Shown piece by piece: positions 9,644 to 20,312 of a stretch of 64,000 bases of DNA. How positions within the stretch are numbered: position 1 is the first letter of the stretch; each line of letters begins with the position of its first letter. This stretch comes from Thainema sp. (lineage in GTDB: Bacteria; Cyanobacteriota; Cyanobacteriia; Phormidesmidales; Phormidesmidaceae), in NCBI GenBank assembly GCA_052168235.1, contig JBQLZK010000005.1:64001-128000 (forward strand). The letters are read 5' to 3'. The notes under the pieces are model-generated. The model was not told the DNA's origin. It was given only the letters and a program-made list of their open reading frames with translations, and searched no databases. The position numbers and the translations under genes were made by a program.

Positions 9644-10747
9644 TTAGTTTTTACTGAGTTCACCTTGTTCTGCCCGCTCTGGATAGAGTGAGTCTAAATC
9701 GAGCCTGAAATTTTCAACGGCATTCAGATTAGAGGAAACACTGATCGCCCCAATATTTTTCACTCGACTTTCAACTGAATGTATAAATCGGTTGAAATCA
9801 ACATCCTGAATCGCATCCGGATTTTCAGGATCTCCTACAAACTTCTCAGTAGCTAGAACGGTGCAAATTTCATTTTCTAGGTTTACATACCCGATATATT
9901 GAATCAGGCTTTTATTATACATATCTTCGGTAGATAAAAGTGACGGGAAATTAAACAGAAAAATGTAAGTCCCACCTAAACAGATTAAAATAGTAATTAG
10001 CTTTTGATGATTGTGATCACTCCCTTTCAACACTACTCCACCCGTATAGATTAAACAAACGCTAACAGCTAGTAAGGAAAGTGCAGAACCAACGGTTAAT
10101 GCTTGATTGAGGGAGTAATAGAATCTAAAAATATCATAATGGATATAGATTCTATTATGAATGTCTTCTAACTGGTTTTCGAGTCTTTTAAGTTCTGACA
10201 TCGAAATCACTGGAAGCCCTATTCCACGGAGCGTATTGTCATATTGAGCGATTGCCTCGCTGGTGCTGTCGATAGCTTGCTTTCTATTTAATATTTCTGC
10301 TTTTAATTCACTGATTTGGGCATCGGTTCGCTTTGGATTATTGGTTAATGAATTTAGGCTAGCTTCAAGCCTTTCTAGCTCTTGTTGTTGCAAAAGCTTC
10401 TTTTGATATAAGTTTTGTATTGAGATATAGGATTCATGGAGTGTAACAGAGAATGAGATGTCGGTTTGATCTAGGGATTCATCGGCAGAATTAGCAGTTA
10501 AAATAGCGGGTTGCCAACTGTCTTTAATACAATTCTCGGCTTGCCCCATCCCGATTTTCTCTCCCTGTTTTAGCCAACCACTCGATTTATAAAAATAAAT
10601 AAAGAAGGTGGCTACTGTTACCAGTAAAATAGACGATACCGCTCCTATATTTAGCCAAATAACCCAATGCTTTACTTGTTTCGCTTGGGTGTTGTCTTGA
10701 CTATCGCTGGGAGATGCTGATGTGCCACTTGCTGATGTGCCACTCAT
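9644..10747 (-). CDS. hypothetical membrane protein with coiled coil and C-terminal 2-TM module
   Basis: 367-aa AT-rich ORF; N-terminal TM, heptad-like middle, two further TM helices. Confidence 0.75.
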   Translation of the reverse strand: MSGTSASGTSASPSDSQDNTQAKQVKHWVIWLNIGAVSSILLVTVATFFIYFYKSSGWLKQGEKIGMGQAENCIKDSWQPAILTANSADESLDQTDISFSVTLHESYISIQNLYQKKLLQQQELERLEASLNSLTNNPKRTDAQISELKAEILNRKQAIDSTSEAIAQYDNTLRGIGLPVISMSELKRLENQLEDIHNRIYIHYDIFRFYYSLNQALTVGSALSLLAVSVCLIYTGGVVLKGSDHNHQKLITILICLGGTYIFLFNFPSLLSTEDMYNKSLIQYIGYVNLENEICTVLATEKFVGDPENPDAIQDVDFNRFIHSVESRVKNIGAISVSSNLNAVENFRLDLDSLYPERAEQGELSKN

Positions 10748-11132
10748 AGTAGATTCCCTTGACCTGAAAGTACTGAATATCGATTATTCCTATTCAAATT
10801 TAATTGTTGAATTCTAGAGTGGCATCACCCGCTAAGGCCATGAGCATGTGTTAATTGGCGTTTGCCGTACGGTTATATTTTCTGTTTCTGAAGCAGCAAT
10901 CTGCTAGCCGATCAGAAAGCCATGCGATCGCACTTGCAACTGTTCCATATTTCTCTCTTTAGTCAGAGCTAAATATTCCTTGCTGGGATGAGGTCATTGT
11001 GTCGGTGCTCTTTGTAGTCTCTCAACAGTAGTGTTGTGCCAAATCAGTGTGAATGGTTGATGTCACGATCAACTATTCACACCACTCAAATCAAGTTGGC
11101 AGACCCGTCAGTTGGCAGTGAGGAGGATTTCA

Positions 11133-12155
11133 TTGAGTTTTCGGATTCTCAGCATTGATGGTGGTGGCATTCGGGGAATTGTAGCCGCCCGGATGCTGGA
11201 CGTGATTGAGCAGCAGTTAAACCAGCCCCTGCGCGAATATTTTGATCTCATTACTGGCACGTCAACCGGAGCGCTGATTGCCGGAAGTTTGATGGTGGGG
11301 CGCTCACCCGCTCAACTGGTGGATCTGTACCTGGCGCGAGGCAAGGAGATTTTTCCCTATCGCAGTTGGTTTAGCCTCCAGCGCCTGCCGTTACTGCTGA
11401 AATATGGCCTGTCGGCTCCCAAGTTTAGCGACCAGGGACTGATTGAGGTGGTGCGATCGCAAGGTTTGGATTTTCCTATTGCCGCTGTTTCACCCGATCC
11501 TCAGCAGTCCACCAAGTTAATGATCATCAGTTACGATACCGTTCGCCGCCTGCCCGTGTTTTTCAAGAGTTGGCGGCATGAGGAGTGGTATGCCAATGTG
11601 CCGCTCTGGCAAGCCTGCGTCTGCTCAGCGGCGGCTCCCACCTATTTTCCGGCTCAGCTTTTGCAGATCCCGATTGAGAACGAAGTGCGTGAATTTTCAA
11701 TGATTGACGGGGGCGTGGGGGCGAATAATCCGGTTGCCTGTGCAGTGGCGGAGGCGATTCGCCTGTTGAGATCGGGGCCAATTGCAGCACCAAAAGCTGC
11801 ATCGTCAATGGATCGCATCATTGATGAAATTAAAGTGTTATCCCTCGGCACTGGTGAATTGGAACGTGGTATTCCCTGGCGGGAAGTGCGCGGCTGGGGA
11901 CCAATCCAGTGGGCACCCCGAATTGTGGATGTGATTATGGATGCGCCAGCGGATATTCATCGCTACATTGCGGAGCAAATTGTCACCAAGGCTGGCACAG
12001 AGGACGTTTATGATTACCTCCGACTACAACCAGAACTAGCGCAAAAGTTCGGTGCCATCGACAATGCCAATCCAGCTTATCTGCAACAGTTGCTCATTCA
12101 AACAGATGAGTATCTGACCGCGCAAGCTGATCAGATTAAAGCTTTTTTCACCTAG
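11133..12155 (+). CDS. patatin-like phospholipase
   Basis: DGGGIRG, GTSTG nucleophile, SAAAPTYF, DGGV; AGGAGG 6 nt before the TTG at 11133. Confidence 0.93.
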   Translation: MSFRILSIDGGGIRGIVAARMLDVIEQQLNQPLREYFDLITGTSTGALIAGSLMVGRSPAQLVDLYLARGKEIFPYRSWFSLQRLPLLLKYGLSAPKFSDQGLIEVVRSQGLDFPIAAVSPDPQQSTKLMIISYDTVRRLPVFFKSWRHEEWYANVPLWQACVCSAAAPTYFPAQLLQIPIENEVREFSMIDGGVGANNPVACAVAEAIRLLRSGPIAAPKAASSMDRIIDEIKVLSLGTGELERGIPWREVRGWGPIQWAPRIVDVIMDAPADIHRYIAEQIVTKAGTEDVYDYLRLQPELAQKFGAIDNANPAYLQQLLIQTDEYLTAQADQIKAFFT

Positions 12156-12254
12156 AGTTCAGTTGACTCTCATCCTCCCAACCTCCTTGCGTGAGAGAAC
12201 GAGAAAAGGAAGAGTAAGAGTAAGGGACAGAGGTTGACTGAATTATTGCTATCT

Positions 12255-12291
12255 ATGAATTAATTCGAACAATTTTGATGAATAAAATCGA
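12255..12291. promoter_or_regulatory. tandem T-N11-A boxes, putative LysR operator
   Basis: atgaattaattcga and atgaataaaatcga, 23 bp apart, upstream of the LysR gene. Confidence 0.45.
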
Positions 12292-12412
12292 TAGATTTTA
12301 CGGAGGTAAAATTAGACAAATAAGGCATGATGTGGGGAACCGTCTAAAAATTTGCAGGAAATCGGTTTTTATTGACAGATTCCACATCAAGACGAGTTTG
12401 GCTTGAGGACTC

Positions 12413-13330
12413 ATGGCAAATATCGATGTGTGTCGTTTAAAAATTTCTCAACTTCGCGCCCTGGTTGCGATCGCAGATGAAGGCACCTTCGGCAAAGCTG
12501 CACTTCAGCTCGATGTATCTCAGTCAGCCGTCAGTCACGCCATTTCGACGATGGAAGAAACCCTGGGGGTGTCACTGCTGAATCGGGGTCGTCAGGGAGC
12601 CGCCTTAACTCCAGTTGGCGAAGACATCGCCGAAGAAGCCCGTCAGGTACTGGCTTCGCTAGAGCGAATTGGTAAAACGGCCACCTCAGCTCGCGGCTTG
12701 GAAACAGGGCAGGTGCGGGTTGCTTGCTTTCGCAGCGTAGCCACTCACCTGATACCGAGCATTATTGGACGGTTTCAGCAGCGCTACCCCGACATTAAGG
12801 TCATCATCACCGAGCATGTTTCTACCGATACGATTGAAGCAGATCTGCTGACGGGTCAGGCTGATATTGGTTTTGTTTTATTGCCAACCCAAAAAGATCT
12901 GCTCGAAACGCGGGCAATTCTACGCGATGAGTATGTCGTGCTACTGCCGCCGACTGAGAATCCACCTGCCAAGCTAACCTGGGAGCAGTTAGAGCAGTAT
13001 CCGCTGATTTTGCCGCCGCGCCACGTTACCTGCTGCGCGATTGTGCAGGATAATTTCGAGCGCTATAATCGCCCCTTCAAGCTGGCCTACGAAATTACGG
13101 AAGATTCAACGATTCTCAGTATGGTGATGCAGGGCTTAGGCGCAACCGTGATGGCTCGCTTAGCGGCTGATCCAATTCCCAAAGAGTTACGGATTGCCTA
13201 TCCGCCCGAACCAATGGAGCGTGTGATTGGCGTCGCTATTTCATCCGAGGCGCTGCATCCTCCCGCTGTTTATGCGTTCTGGGAAACTCTGCAAGCAACG
13301 TCTGACGATACAGAATCGCGGGTTGCGTAG
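12413..13330 (+). CDS. LysR family transcriptional regulator
   Basis: N-terminal HTH (FGKAALQLDVSQSAVSHAI...LGVSLL.R) and substrate-binding domain. Confidence 0.95.
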   Translation: MANIDVCRLKISQLRALVAIADEGTFGKAALQLDVSQSAVSHAISTMEETLGVSLLNRGRQGAALTPVGEDIAEEARQVLASLERIGKTATSARGLETGQVRVACFRSVATHLIPSIIGRFQQRYPDIKVIITEHVSTDTIEADLLTGQADIGFVLLPTQKDLLETRAILRDEYVVLLPPTENPPAKLTWEQLEQYPLILPPRHVTCCAIVQDNFERYNRPFKLAYEITEDSTILSMVMQGLGATVMARLAADPIPKELRIAYPPEPMERVIGVAISSEALHPPAVYAFWETLQATSDDTESRVA

Positions 13331-13370
13331 TTCAAAGATCTCTGGCAATGGGCGGCATCACCACTATAAC

Positions 13371-14264
13371 TTAAAAAATCATGCCTAAAATCATGCCGAC
13401 CAGGAGGAGAAAGCCCACCCAGACGTTCTGGCGAAAGATTTGACCGTAGGCGGTAGGCGGTACTTGCGTATGATTGAGGCGGCGATAGTGACGATACCAA
13501 ACTGCGATCGCACCAGCCAGCGCCATCCAAAAGGGAATCGAGAGCTGCATCACATAGCCCATACAGCCTAGCAGGATTGCTGTTCCGGCAAAGAAGAGGC
13601 CAACGGCCAAGGGCGTGCGATCACCAAAAAAGCGGGCGCTGGAGTTGACGCCGACCTGTTTGTCATACTCTCGATCGGGCATGGCGTAAACCGTGTCAAA
13701 TCCCAATGTCCATAGCACTGTTGCGCCCCACAGCAGCCAGGTGGCTAACTCTAAACTAGCCGTTACCGCGCTCCAACTGATTAGGACAGCAAACCCCCAG
13801 GCAATCGACAGAACCAACTGCGGGATGGGAAAGACGCGCTTGGCTAAGGGATAGAGGATAATCACGGGAACCGCTGCCACACAGAGCCAAAAACTAAGCG
13901 GATTCAGGTAGAGCGCCAAAATTAGTGCGCAGAAAAAAGCTGCGATCGCAACGCCGATTCCGGTACGTATGGAGAGAGCACGAGCAGCTAAAGGACGATT
14001 GCGGGTACGCTCCACCTGCGGATCAATATTCCGATCCCAGAGATCATTCACGACACAGCCAGCTGCACTGGTGGTGAGGCTGCCGAGAATGATGACGCCA
14101 ACTAGCGGCAGTGGCGGCAGGAGCGAGGGGGTACTTTCCGCCGCCAGAAACACGGCCCACAGTGCCGGGATCATCAAAATCAATCGTCCTTCAGGCTTGT
14201 CCCAGCGCAGGAGACGAACAATGGCTTTCCAGGTGGGTTCTGAACTGTGCGATCGCGTAACCAT
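13371..14264 (-). CDS. ubiA: 4-hydroxybenzoate solanesyltransferase (plastoquinone synthesis)
   Basis: NDLWDRNID..VERTRNRPLA, YPLAKR and FDTVYAMPD motifs. Confidence 0.93.
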   Translation of the reverse strand: MVTRSHSSEPTWKAIVRLLRWDKPEGRLILMIPALWAVFLAAESTPSLLPPLPLVGVIILGSLTTSAAGCVVNDLWDRNIDPQVERTRNRPLAARALSIRTGIGVAIAAFFCALILALYLNPLSFWLCVAAVPVIILYPLAKRVFPIPQLVLSIAWGFAVLISWSAVTASLELATWLLWGATVLWTLGFDTVYAMPDREYDKQVGVNSSARFFGDRTPLAVGLFFAGTAILLGCMGYVMQLSIPFWMALAGAIAVWYRHYRRLNHTQVPPTAYGQIFRQNVWVGFLLLVGMILGMIF

Positions 14265-14535
14265 AGATTCAATTTTGGGCCAAGTGAACTAAAAATAAGC
14301 TGATAAGACGGTATCTGCCGCCGTTTATTAAGATATCGCTCTCCTAGGAGATTATGAAACGGGTTGGCTTGATTTAACTCGATTTAATAGAGATAAACGT
14401 TGCCGACTGCACAACGATTAGAGGCACGAGTGGCTACGAAAATCGGGGTTCCAACTAAGATGATCGTTGGAAATAAACATCTGGTACAAGAAACCCTGCC
14501 CTTTTGAATTGAGCGGCGCGATCTCATTTACGCCG

Positions 14536-14802
14536 CTACGACACATTCACTAACCAGAGATAAGCGAGCATACCTAGAGCCGCCACAGCTGCGATCTCAT
14601 CTCGCTGCTGGCGAACAAAGTATTGCAGACTGGCCCAAACATCCCGTAGAGCTTGGCGGCGGGCATCGCCCAACTCGGTCATCAGCCGCTGCACTTCAGC
14701 ATCAACTTCCTCAAGCGTCATCTCATTGCGCTTGTAGGCGGCTTCGACCTTGTCTAGCTTTTTCCAGTACTCCCGCGTTGCACTGGTCAGGTCAGTAAAC
14801 AT
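14536..14802 (-). CDS. hypothetical protein with C-terminal TM
   Basis: Helical protein; GAGGTG upstream of the ATG at 14802. Confidence 0.7.
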   Translation of the reverse strand: MFTDLTSATREYWKKLDKVEAAYKRNEMTLEEVDAEVQRLMTELGDARRQALRDVWASLQYFVRQQRDEIAAVAALGMLAYLWLVNVS

Positions 14803-15111
14803 GTTGAGTAAATCACCTCGTAAACTTTTGTGAATCGCTATTGACATTCTAGCGCCACCTCAAGGTGAGGTTCTCCGTACTCAGCGGGATATTACATCTC
14901 TCTCGATCAACTGCATCGGTATCTGGATCGGCTAGGCAGCCTGTAACCTACGGCTGATTAGCCGTCACAGCCTTGTCACTATTGTCAGAGAAAATTAGCT
15001 GGGGAAGTCTTGAGAGAAGTCCTGAATCGGCCTTTTACTCAGGTTTTCCACTCAGTCAAGTGTATTGGTGCCTACTAACGTTGTAATAACTATAAATAGT
15101 ATTGTGGTTGA

Positions 15112-16311
15112 ATGTCGCTCATTTTATTTCGAGAAATACCAGTTGTTTTAGTCTTTTTAGGTACGATTACAATGCTGGTTTCAATCCGAAAGGCTCAGAA
15201 GGTATTGGGTCTTTTCGAAACTAAGCGAATTCCTAGAAACTGGAATATTTTATATTCATTGATGATTATGTTTTTAGGAGGTTATTCGTTCGCAGCTTGG
15301 CTCATTTGGAATCAGCAATCAACCTGGATTACATTACTAACAGGAATTGTGTTCTTTGGTGGAGCCTTTTTTGTTCTGTTTAGCGTCACGACTTATCATC
15401 AAACATTGGGCCAGCTGATTTCCTCTCAACGACTCTGTGAAGATGCCAAACAGCGTGCAGAAGAATCGTTAGAACGTCTACAGCAGATACCTTCGCTAAT
15501 CCAAACGGAAAAGATGGCTGGGCTAGGTCAAATGGTTGCAGGAGTTGCTCACGAGATTAATAACCCAGTCAATTTTATTCACGCCAATATTAAGCCAGCT
15601 CAAGCTTATATTGAAGATTTAATTAATCTAGTTGATTTGTATCAGATGACGTTTCCTGATCCACCAGAACAGATTCAAACCGCATTACATGAAGCTGATT
15701 ATGCCTTTTTGAAGCAAGATTTACCGAAGTTGCTCAGCTCAATGAAGACTGGCTCTCAGCGCATTTCTGAAATTGTTCGCAGCTTGAAAACTTTTTCTCG
15801 GATGGATGAATCGGCGCTTAAAGAAGTCAATCTTCATGATGGTTTGGATAGTACCATCATCATTCTGGAACATCGACTACAAGCAACAGCCAAGCGTCCA
15901 CCAATTGAAATTATTTGCTCCTATGGTGATATTCCACCCATATTTTGTTTTGCCGGGGAATTAAATCAGGTGTTTATGAATATTTTGAGCAACGCAATTG
16001 ATGCGTTAGAAGATGCAGTTTATCAACACAATTTACACCAGCCTCAGATTGAAATTAAAACACGAGTCCATCAAGACTCTGTCCGAATTCATATTATGGA
16101 TAATGGATCAGGAATTCCTTGCTCGATTCAACCTAAACTGTTTGATCCCTTCTTTACGACTAAAGCCGTTGGCCAAGGGACTGGCTTAGGATTATCAATT
16201 AGCTATCAGATTGTGACCAAAAAACATGGAGGCAATTTGCGCTGTTATTCCAGACCCGGTCAGACTGAATTTGTGATTGAGCTGCCGCTTCGCTGTCGGC
16301 AAGTTGCCTAG
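15112..16311 (+). CDS. membrane sensor histidine kinase (orphan)
   Basis: 3 N-terminal TMs; AHEINNP H-box, NILSNAIDA, DNGSG, FDPFFTTK, GTGLGL. Confidence 0.93.
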   Translation: MSLILFREIPVVLVFLGTITMLVSIRKAQKVLGLFETKRIPRNWNILYSLMIMFLGGYSFAAWLIWNQQSTWITLLTGIVFFGGAFFVLFSVTTYHQTLGQLISSQRLCEDAKQRAEESLERLQQIPSLIQTEKMAGLGQMVAGVAHEINNPVNFIHANIKPAQAYIEDLINLVDLYQMTFPDPPEQIQTALHEADYAFLKQDLPKLLSSMKTGSQRISEIVRSLKTFSRMDESALKEVNLHDGLDSTIIILEHRLQATAKRPPIEIICSYGDIPPIFCFAGELNQVFMNILSNAIDALEDAVYQHNLHQPQIEIKTRVHQDSVRIHIMDNGSGIPCSIQPKLFDPFFTTKAVGQGTGLGLSISYQIVTKKHGGNLRCYSRPGQTEFVIELPLRCRQVA

Positions 16312-16374
16312 CTCTCACCTGGCACTAACAATTAAGCAGGACAATTGGTAACGTGCAAGATAGGGGCAGTGGGA

Positions 16375-17982
16375 TTATTTAGGATTTTGCGTAATCTGAT
16401 AAAGCCGTTGGGTCTGTTCTCGCAGAGCCTCCACATCTTCAGCGGCGATGGACTGCACATAGTTAATCTTGATTTCCTCTAGCAGCACTGTTACCAAACT
16501 TTCGAATTCCTGCACCGTGTCACCTTTACGCACCTCAGTCTGGAGATGGCGGACAATGCTATCCACCAGCGACTGCACGAGTTCGGCTCCCTTTTCGTCT
16601 TTCACCGTCGATCGCAAAATGCCCGCAATGCTTTCGTATACGCTGTGCGTCACCTGCTGGGAAAGCTGATGCGACAGTGTTTCAAAGCCAGGAAGAATTT
16701 TCATGTTGCTGTAGAGCGGTGCGGAATGGAGCGATCGCTCTAAATTGTGATCCAACAGCGCCTCGACTTGAGGGCGCACTTCTGGCAGCACTTTGTAGAC
16801 CAGGATGGAAACCAAGCGTCGCGTAATCGTTTCGACTTCGTTGACATCATTGAGGTCAATGTAGCGCTGTCCACTATTAGGCGTGAGCAGGATTTTGGCA
16901 ACTTCGCCTTCGCGGACCAGGTTTTGAATTTGATCAATAACGCGAATAATGACAATTTCCGTCATTTCAATCGCGAAGTGAGTGACGAAAGCGCGGCGAA
17001 TTCGATTACTAATCGGCTCCAGGTTAATCAGATTGGACTGGTTGATTCGAATAATCACTGGAATGATGCGGAGCCAGCGCCAAAAGGGCAAGAGCAAAAT
17101 CAGGTCATACCAGCGCCATAGCACGGCATCAATCAAGTTTGTGCCTTTGTAGCGACGGCTGAGATAGATGCTGCGGAGGATGAGCTCGGCGGCAAAAATG
17201 GCAACGAACCAAATGTCGATTTTGATAAACAGATTGGTCGGATTGCCGTCTAGACCAATGCCGCGAAAGTAGTTGGTTTCAAAGAGGGGCCGAATATCTT
17301 CATTGAAGAACTGTAACTCGTCGATCCAGCCTGCCTGATTGAGATATTCAACACTCCAAAATGTTTCGAAGGCTTCTGTAGAGGATTCTTCCCCAACCCG
17401 CTCTCGCATCCGCTGTTTAATGCGCTCTAGCGTTCCCGTTTTATCGGCAATTTCAAACGGATTTTCGTCGATGATTTCCGCGCTCATCATCTGTAGCTCA
17501 TTCAGCAGAACAGGTACAGATTGAACCCCAACATCAGCTTCAACCCCATTCGTTGCAGCCTCTGAATCATCGGTATCAATGCCAGCATCCGATTCGGCTT
17601 CCGGTTCAGACCCAAAATCGGTTGGTTCATCGGCAGGTTCATCAACCTGCGCTTCTTCCAGGCTAATGTTGCCTGCATTCGCCTCATCCACTTCTGAACT
17701 GGCGGGTAAGCCGTTGGCCTCTAAGGCTTCGACTAGTTCACTGACGGTATCGAGATACGCTTCCGTCGTGCGATAGGGTTCAATGCCCTTAAACTGCTCA
17801 CCATACCAGGTCGTAAACTCTGGCAGATATCGCAGATAAACATCCCGCAGCGGAATGTAGCTCAGATCAAACAGAACTAAGATGTAATTGAGAAGTGCGA
17901 TCGCAGCCATGATCTTCTCAAAAACATAGCTGCGGTGTCGCTTAGGAAGCTTTCCCCGCGTTCTCGGTTGAATAATCGTCAT
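16375..17982 (-). CDS. hypothetical membrane protein with ion-transport (S1-S4)-like helices
   Basis: IDIWFVAIFAAELILR, RWYDLILLLP and WRWLRIIPVIIR segments; no pore motif. Confidence 0.75.
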   Translation of the reverse strand: MTIIQPRTRGKLPKRHRSYVFEKIMAAIALLNYILVLFDLSYIPLRDVYLRYLPEFTTWYGEQFKGIEPYRTTEAYLDTVSELVEALEANGLPASSEVDEANAGNISLEEAQVDEPADEPTDFGSEPEAESDAGIDTDDSEAATNGVEADVGVQSVPVLLNELQMMSAEIIDENPFEIADKTGTLERIKQRMRERVGEESSTEAFETFWSVEYLNQAGWIDELQFFNEDIRPLFETNYFRGIGLDGNPTNLFIKIDIWFVAIFAAELILRSIYLSRRYKGTNLIDAVLWRWYDLILLLPFWRWLRIIPVIIRINQSNLINLEPISNRIRRAFVTHFAIEMTEIVIIRVIDQIQNLVREGEVAKILLTPNSGQRYIDLNDVNEVETITRRLVSILVYKVLPEVRPQVEALLDHNLERSLHSAPLYSNMKILPGFETLSHQLSQQVTHSVYESIAGILRSTVKDEKGAELVQSLVDSIVRHLQTEVRKGDTVQEFESLVTVLLEEIKINYVQSIAAEDVEALREQTQRLYQITQNPK

Positions 17983-18342
17983 AGTTTAATTGGGTTCAAC
18001 AGGAGCCAAATCGCTCTATAAGTTTTGCCGGCTAGTTCTTCATCAAAGAGTTTAAGGGGCAATCCGTCATCTATGCCCAGATAGAACCTGATTTTTCAAG
18101 AAAATTGCCAATACAGCCTCCCTACGCTTCTACCTTCCCTTGCTCCCCCTTTACCAGTTGTCATACAAAGTTGGGTTAAAACCCCGGTTAAAACCCAACG
18201 ATTCATTTTTGTAGACGCTTGGTTCAGCGAGGCTTCTACAAAAATGAATCGGGTTCCTATACACGGACTTGATATCAATCTTGCCGAGTATGTCACAGTA
18301 AAAGAGTAATTTCAGCACATCCTCACTGGAACGATTCACATC

Positions 18343-19239
18343 GTGGTAGCTTCTTCGATTCAAGTTCAATCTCAAACCTGGCAGTGGAACGGTTATTCCA
18401 TTCGCTATCAAACGGCGGGCGAGACGGGTTCTACTCTGCTGTTAGTGCATGGCTTTGGCGCATCTAGCGATCACTGGCGCAAAAATATTCCCGTCTTGGC
18501 CGAACAGCACCGTGTCTTTGCCATTGACCTCCTCGGCTTTGGTCAGTCAGAGAAACCTTCACCTGGTATACCCAGCCGCTATACGTTTGATACTTGGGGG
18601 CAGCAGCTTTTAGACTTTTGCCAAGAGGTAATCGGTACACCCGTGTTTTTAGTGGCCAATTCCATTGGATGTGTGGCGGCGATGCAAACCGCCGTGCTGG
18701 CTCCCGATTGGGTACAAGGCGTGATTGCCCTCGACTGCTCACTGCGGCTGTTGCACGATCGCAAACGGGTAACGCTACCGTGGCACCGTCGCTACACGGC
18801 TCCACTGCTGCAAAAGGTGCTGGCCTATCGAGCCATTGGCCATTTCTTTTTTTCCCGCTTGGCTCAGGCCAAAGTGATTCGCAATATTTTGACCCAAGCC
18901 TATGGTCGCAAAGATGCCGTCACCGACGAACTAGTGCAACTGCTGCTTCAGCCCGCGTTTGATGAGGGTGCCGCAGATGTGTTTCTGGCCTTCACGGCCT
19001 ACTCCCAAGGCCCTTTGCCGGAAGACCTGCTGCCCCAGTTGACCTGCCCTGTTTTGCTAGTCTGGGGAGAAGATGATCCCTGGGAACCCGTTGATTTGGC
19101 TCGACAGCTAGGCGAGTTCGACTCGGTGGACGAGTTTATCACACTGCCGGGTGTCGGCCACTGTCCCCAAGATGAAGCTCCGGAACTTGTGAATCCTCTC
19201 ATTCACGATTGGGTAACGCGAATCACCTCCCGCACCTGA
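18343..19239 (+). CDS. alpha/beta fold hydrolase
   Basis: HGFG, DLLGFG, ANSIG nucleophile elbow, WGEDDPW, GHCPQDE. Confidence 0.92.
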   Translation: MVASSIQVQSQTWQWNGYSIRYQTAGETGSTLLLVHGFGASSDHWRKNIPVLAEQHRVFAIDLLGFGQSEKPSPGIPSRYTFDTWGQQLLDFCQEVIGTPVFLVANSIGCVAAMQTAVLAPDWVQGVIALDCSLRLLHDRKRVTLPWHRRYTAPLLQKVLAYRAIGHFFFSRLAQAKVIRNILTQAYGRKDAVTDELVQLLLQPAFDEGAADVFLAFTAYSQGPLPEDLLPQLTCPVLLVWGEDDPWEPVDLARQLGEFDSVDEFITLPGVGHCPQDEAPELVNPLIHDWVTRITSRT

Positions 19240-19267
19240 TCATCCTGTAGTTTTTGTCGGTTTCCCT

Positions 19268-20185
19268 ATGCCTCTAACCGATCTTCCTCTCAATCCCACT
19301 GGGCAACAGCGCGACTGGCAATGGCGTGGCTGGAACATTCGCTATACCTATCTGCGCCCAAAGACGTTGATTTCGCAGGCGGCTCCAGTATTATGGCTGC
19401 ATGGCTTTGCCTCCAGTTTGCAGCAGTGGCGCTACAACTTGGCTCCTCTGAGTGAAACCCATACGGTTTATGCGCTGGATTTGCTCGGCTTTGGCGCGTC
19501 CCAAAAGGCGGCGGCCCAATACGGCACAGAACTGTGGGTGGCGCAGGTCTATGAGTTTTGGCAAACCTGGATTGGTCAACCTGTCGTGCTAGTGGGGCAC
19601 TCTTTGGGGGCGTTAGTCGCGCTGCGATTGGCGACGCTCTATCCCGAAATGGTGGATCGGCTGGTGCTGATGACGCTGCCTGCGGCGCGACAGGAGTTGA
19701 TGCCGGGTGCGGTCAATTCCGTGGCCATGACGATGGAGCGGCTATTTGCTTCACCACTGCTGCTGAAGCCGATGTTTCGCTTACTGCGGCGACCGCCGTT
19801 GATTCGCAAGGTGCTGCGTTCGGTTTATCATCAGCCGGATGCCGTGACGGATGAGCTGGTGGACTTGTTCTGTACGCCACCCCGCGATCGCAACGCGGAA
19901 CGTGCCTTTTGTTATCTAGCGAAATCTCGTACCGATCCGGCTTTTACGCCGACAACGCGATCGCTGTTGCAGCATCTGCATGTGCCAACCCTGCTGCTTT
20001 GGGGCGAACATGATCGGGTAATTCCCTTACAGTGGGGTCGCCAGGTAGCACCGCTGAGCGATTGGATTGAGCTGATTGAGATTGCTGAAGCGGGTCACTG
20101 CGTGTATGACGAGCATCCAGATCAGGTGAATCAACTGATTGAAGACTGGCTGATGAGATCGCACCGCAAACGTGGGGATAGCTGA
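19268..20185 (+). CDS. alpha/beta fold hydrolase
   Basis: HGF, DLLGFG, GHSLG, WGEHD, GHCVYDE. Confidence 0.92.
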   Translation: MPLTDLPLNPTGQQRDWQWRGWNIRYTYLRPKTLISQAAPVLWLHGFASSLQQWRYNLAPLSETHTVYALDLLGFGASQKAAAQYGTELWVAQVYEFWQTWIGQPVVLVGHSLGALVALRLATLYPEMVDRLVLMTLPAARQELMPGAVNSVAMTMERLFASPLLLKPMFRLLRRPPLIRKVLRSVYHQPDAVTDELVDLFCTPPRDRNAERAFCYLAKSRTDPAFTPTTRSLLQHLHVPTLLLWGEHDRVIPLQWGRQVAPLSDWIELIEIAEAGHCVYDEHPDQVNQLIEDWLMRSHRKRGDS

Positions 20186-20312
20186 TTCTGGATCTGAATC
20201 GTGAACCTTTTCTTTCCTTTTCTTTAGAGAGAAGAATCGGAGCGCAATAACCAGTATGGTAGCCATACATGGACTTGATTTGCTTTTCATCCTGTATTGA
20301 GGTTATCTAACC

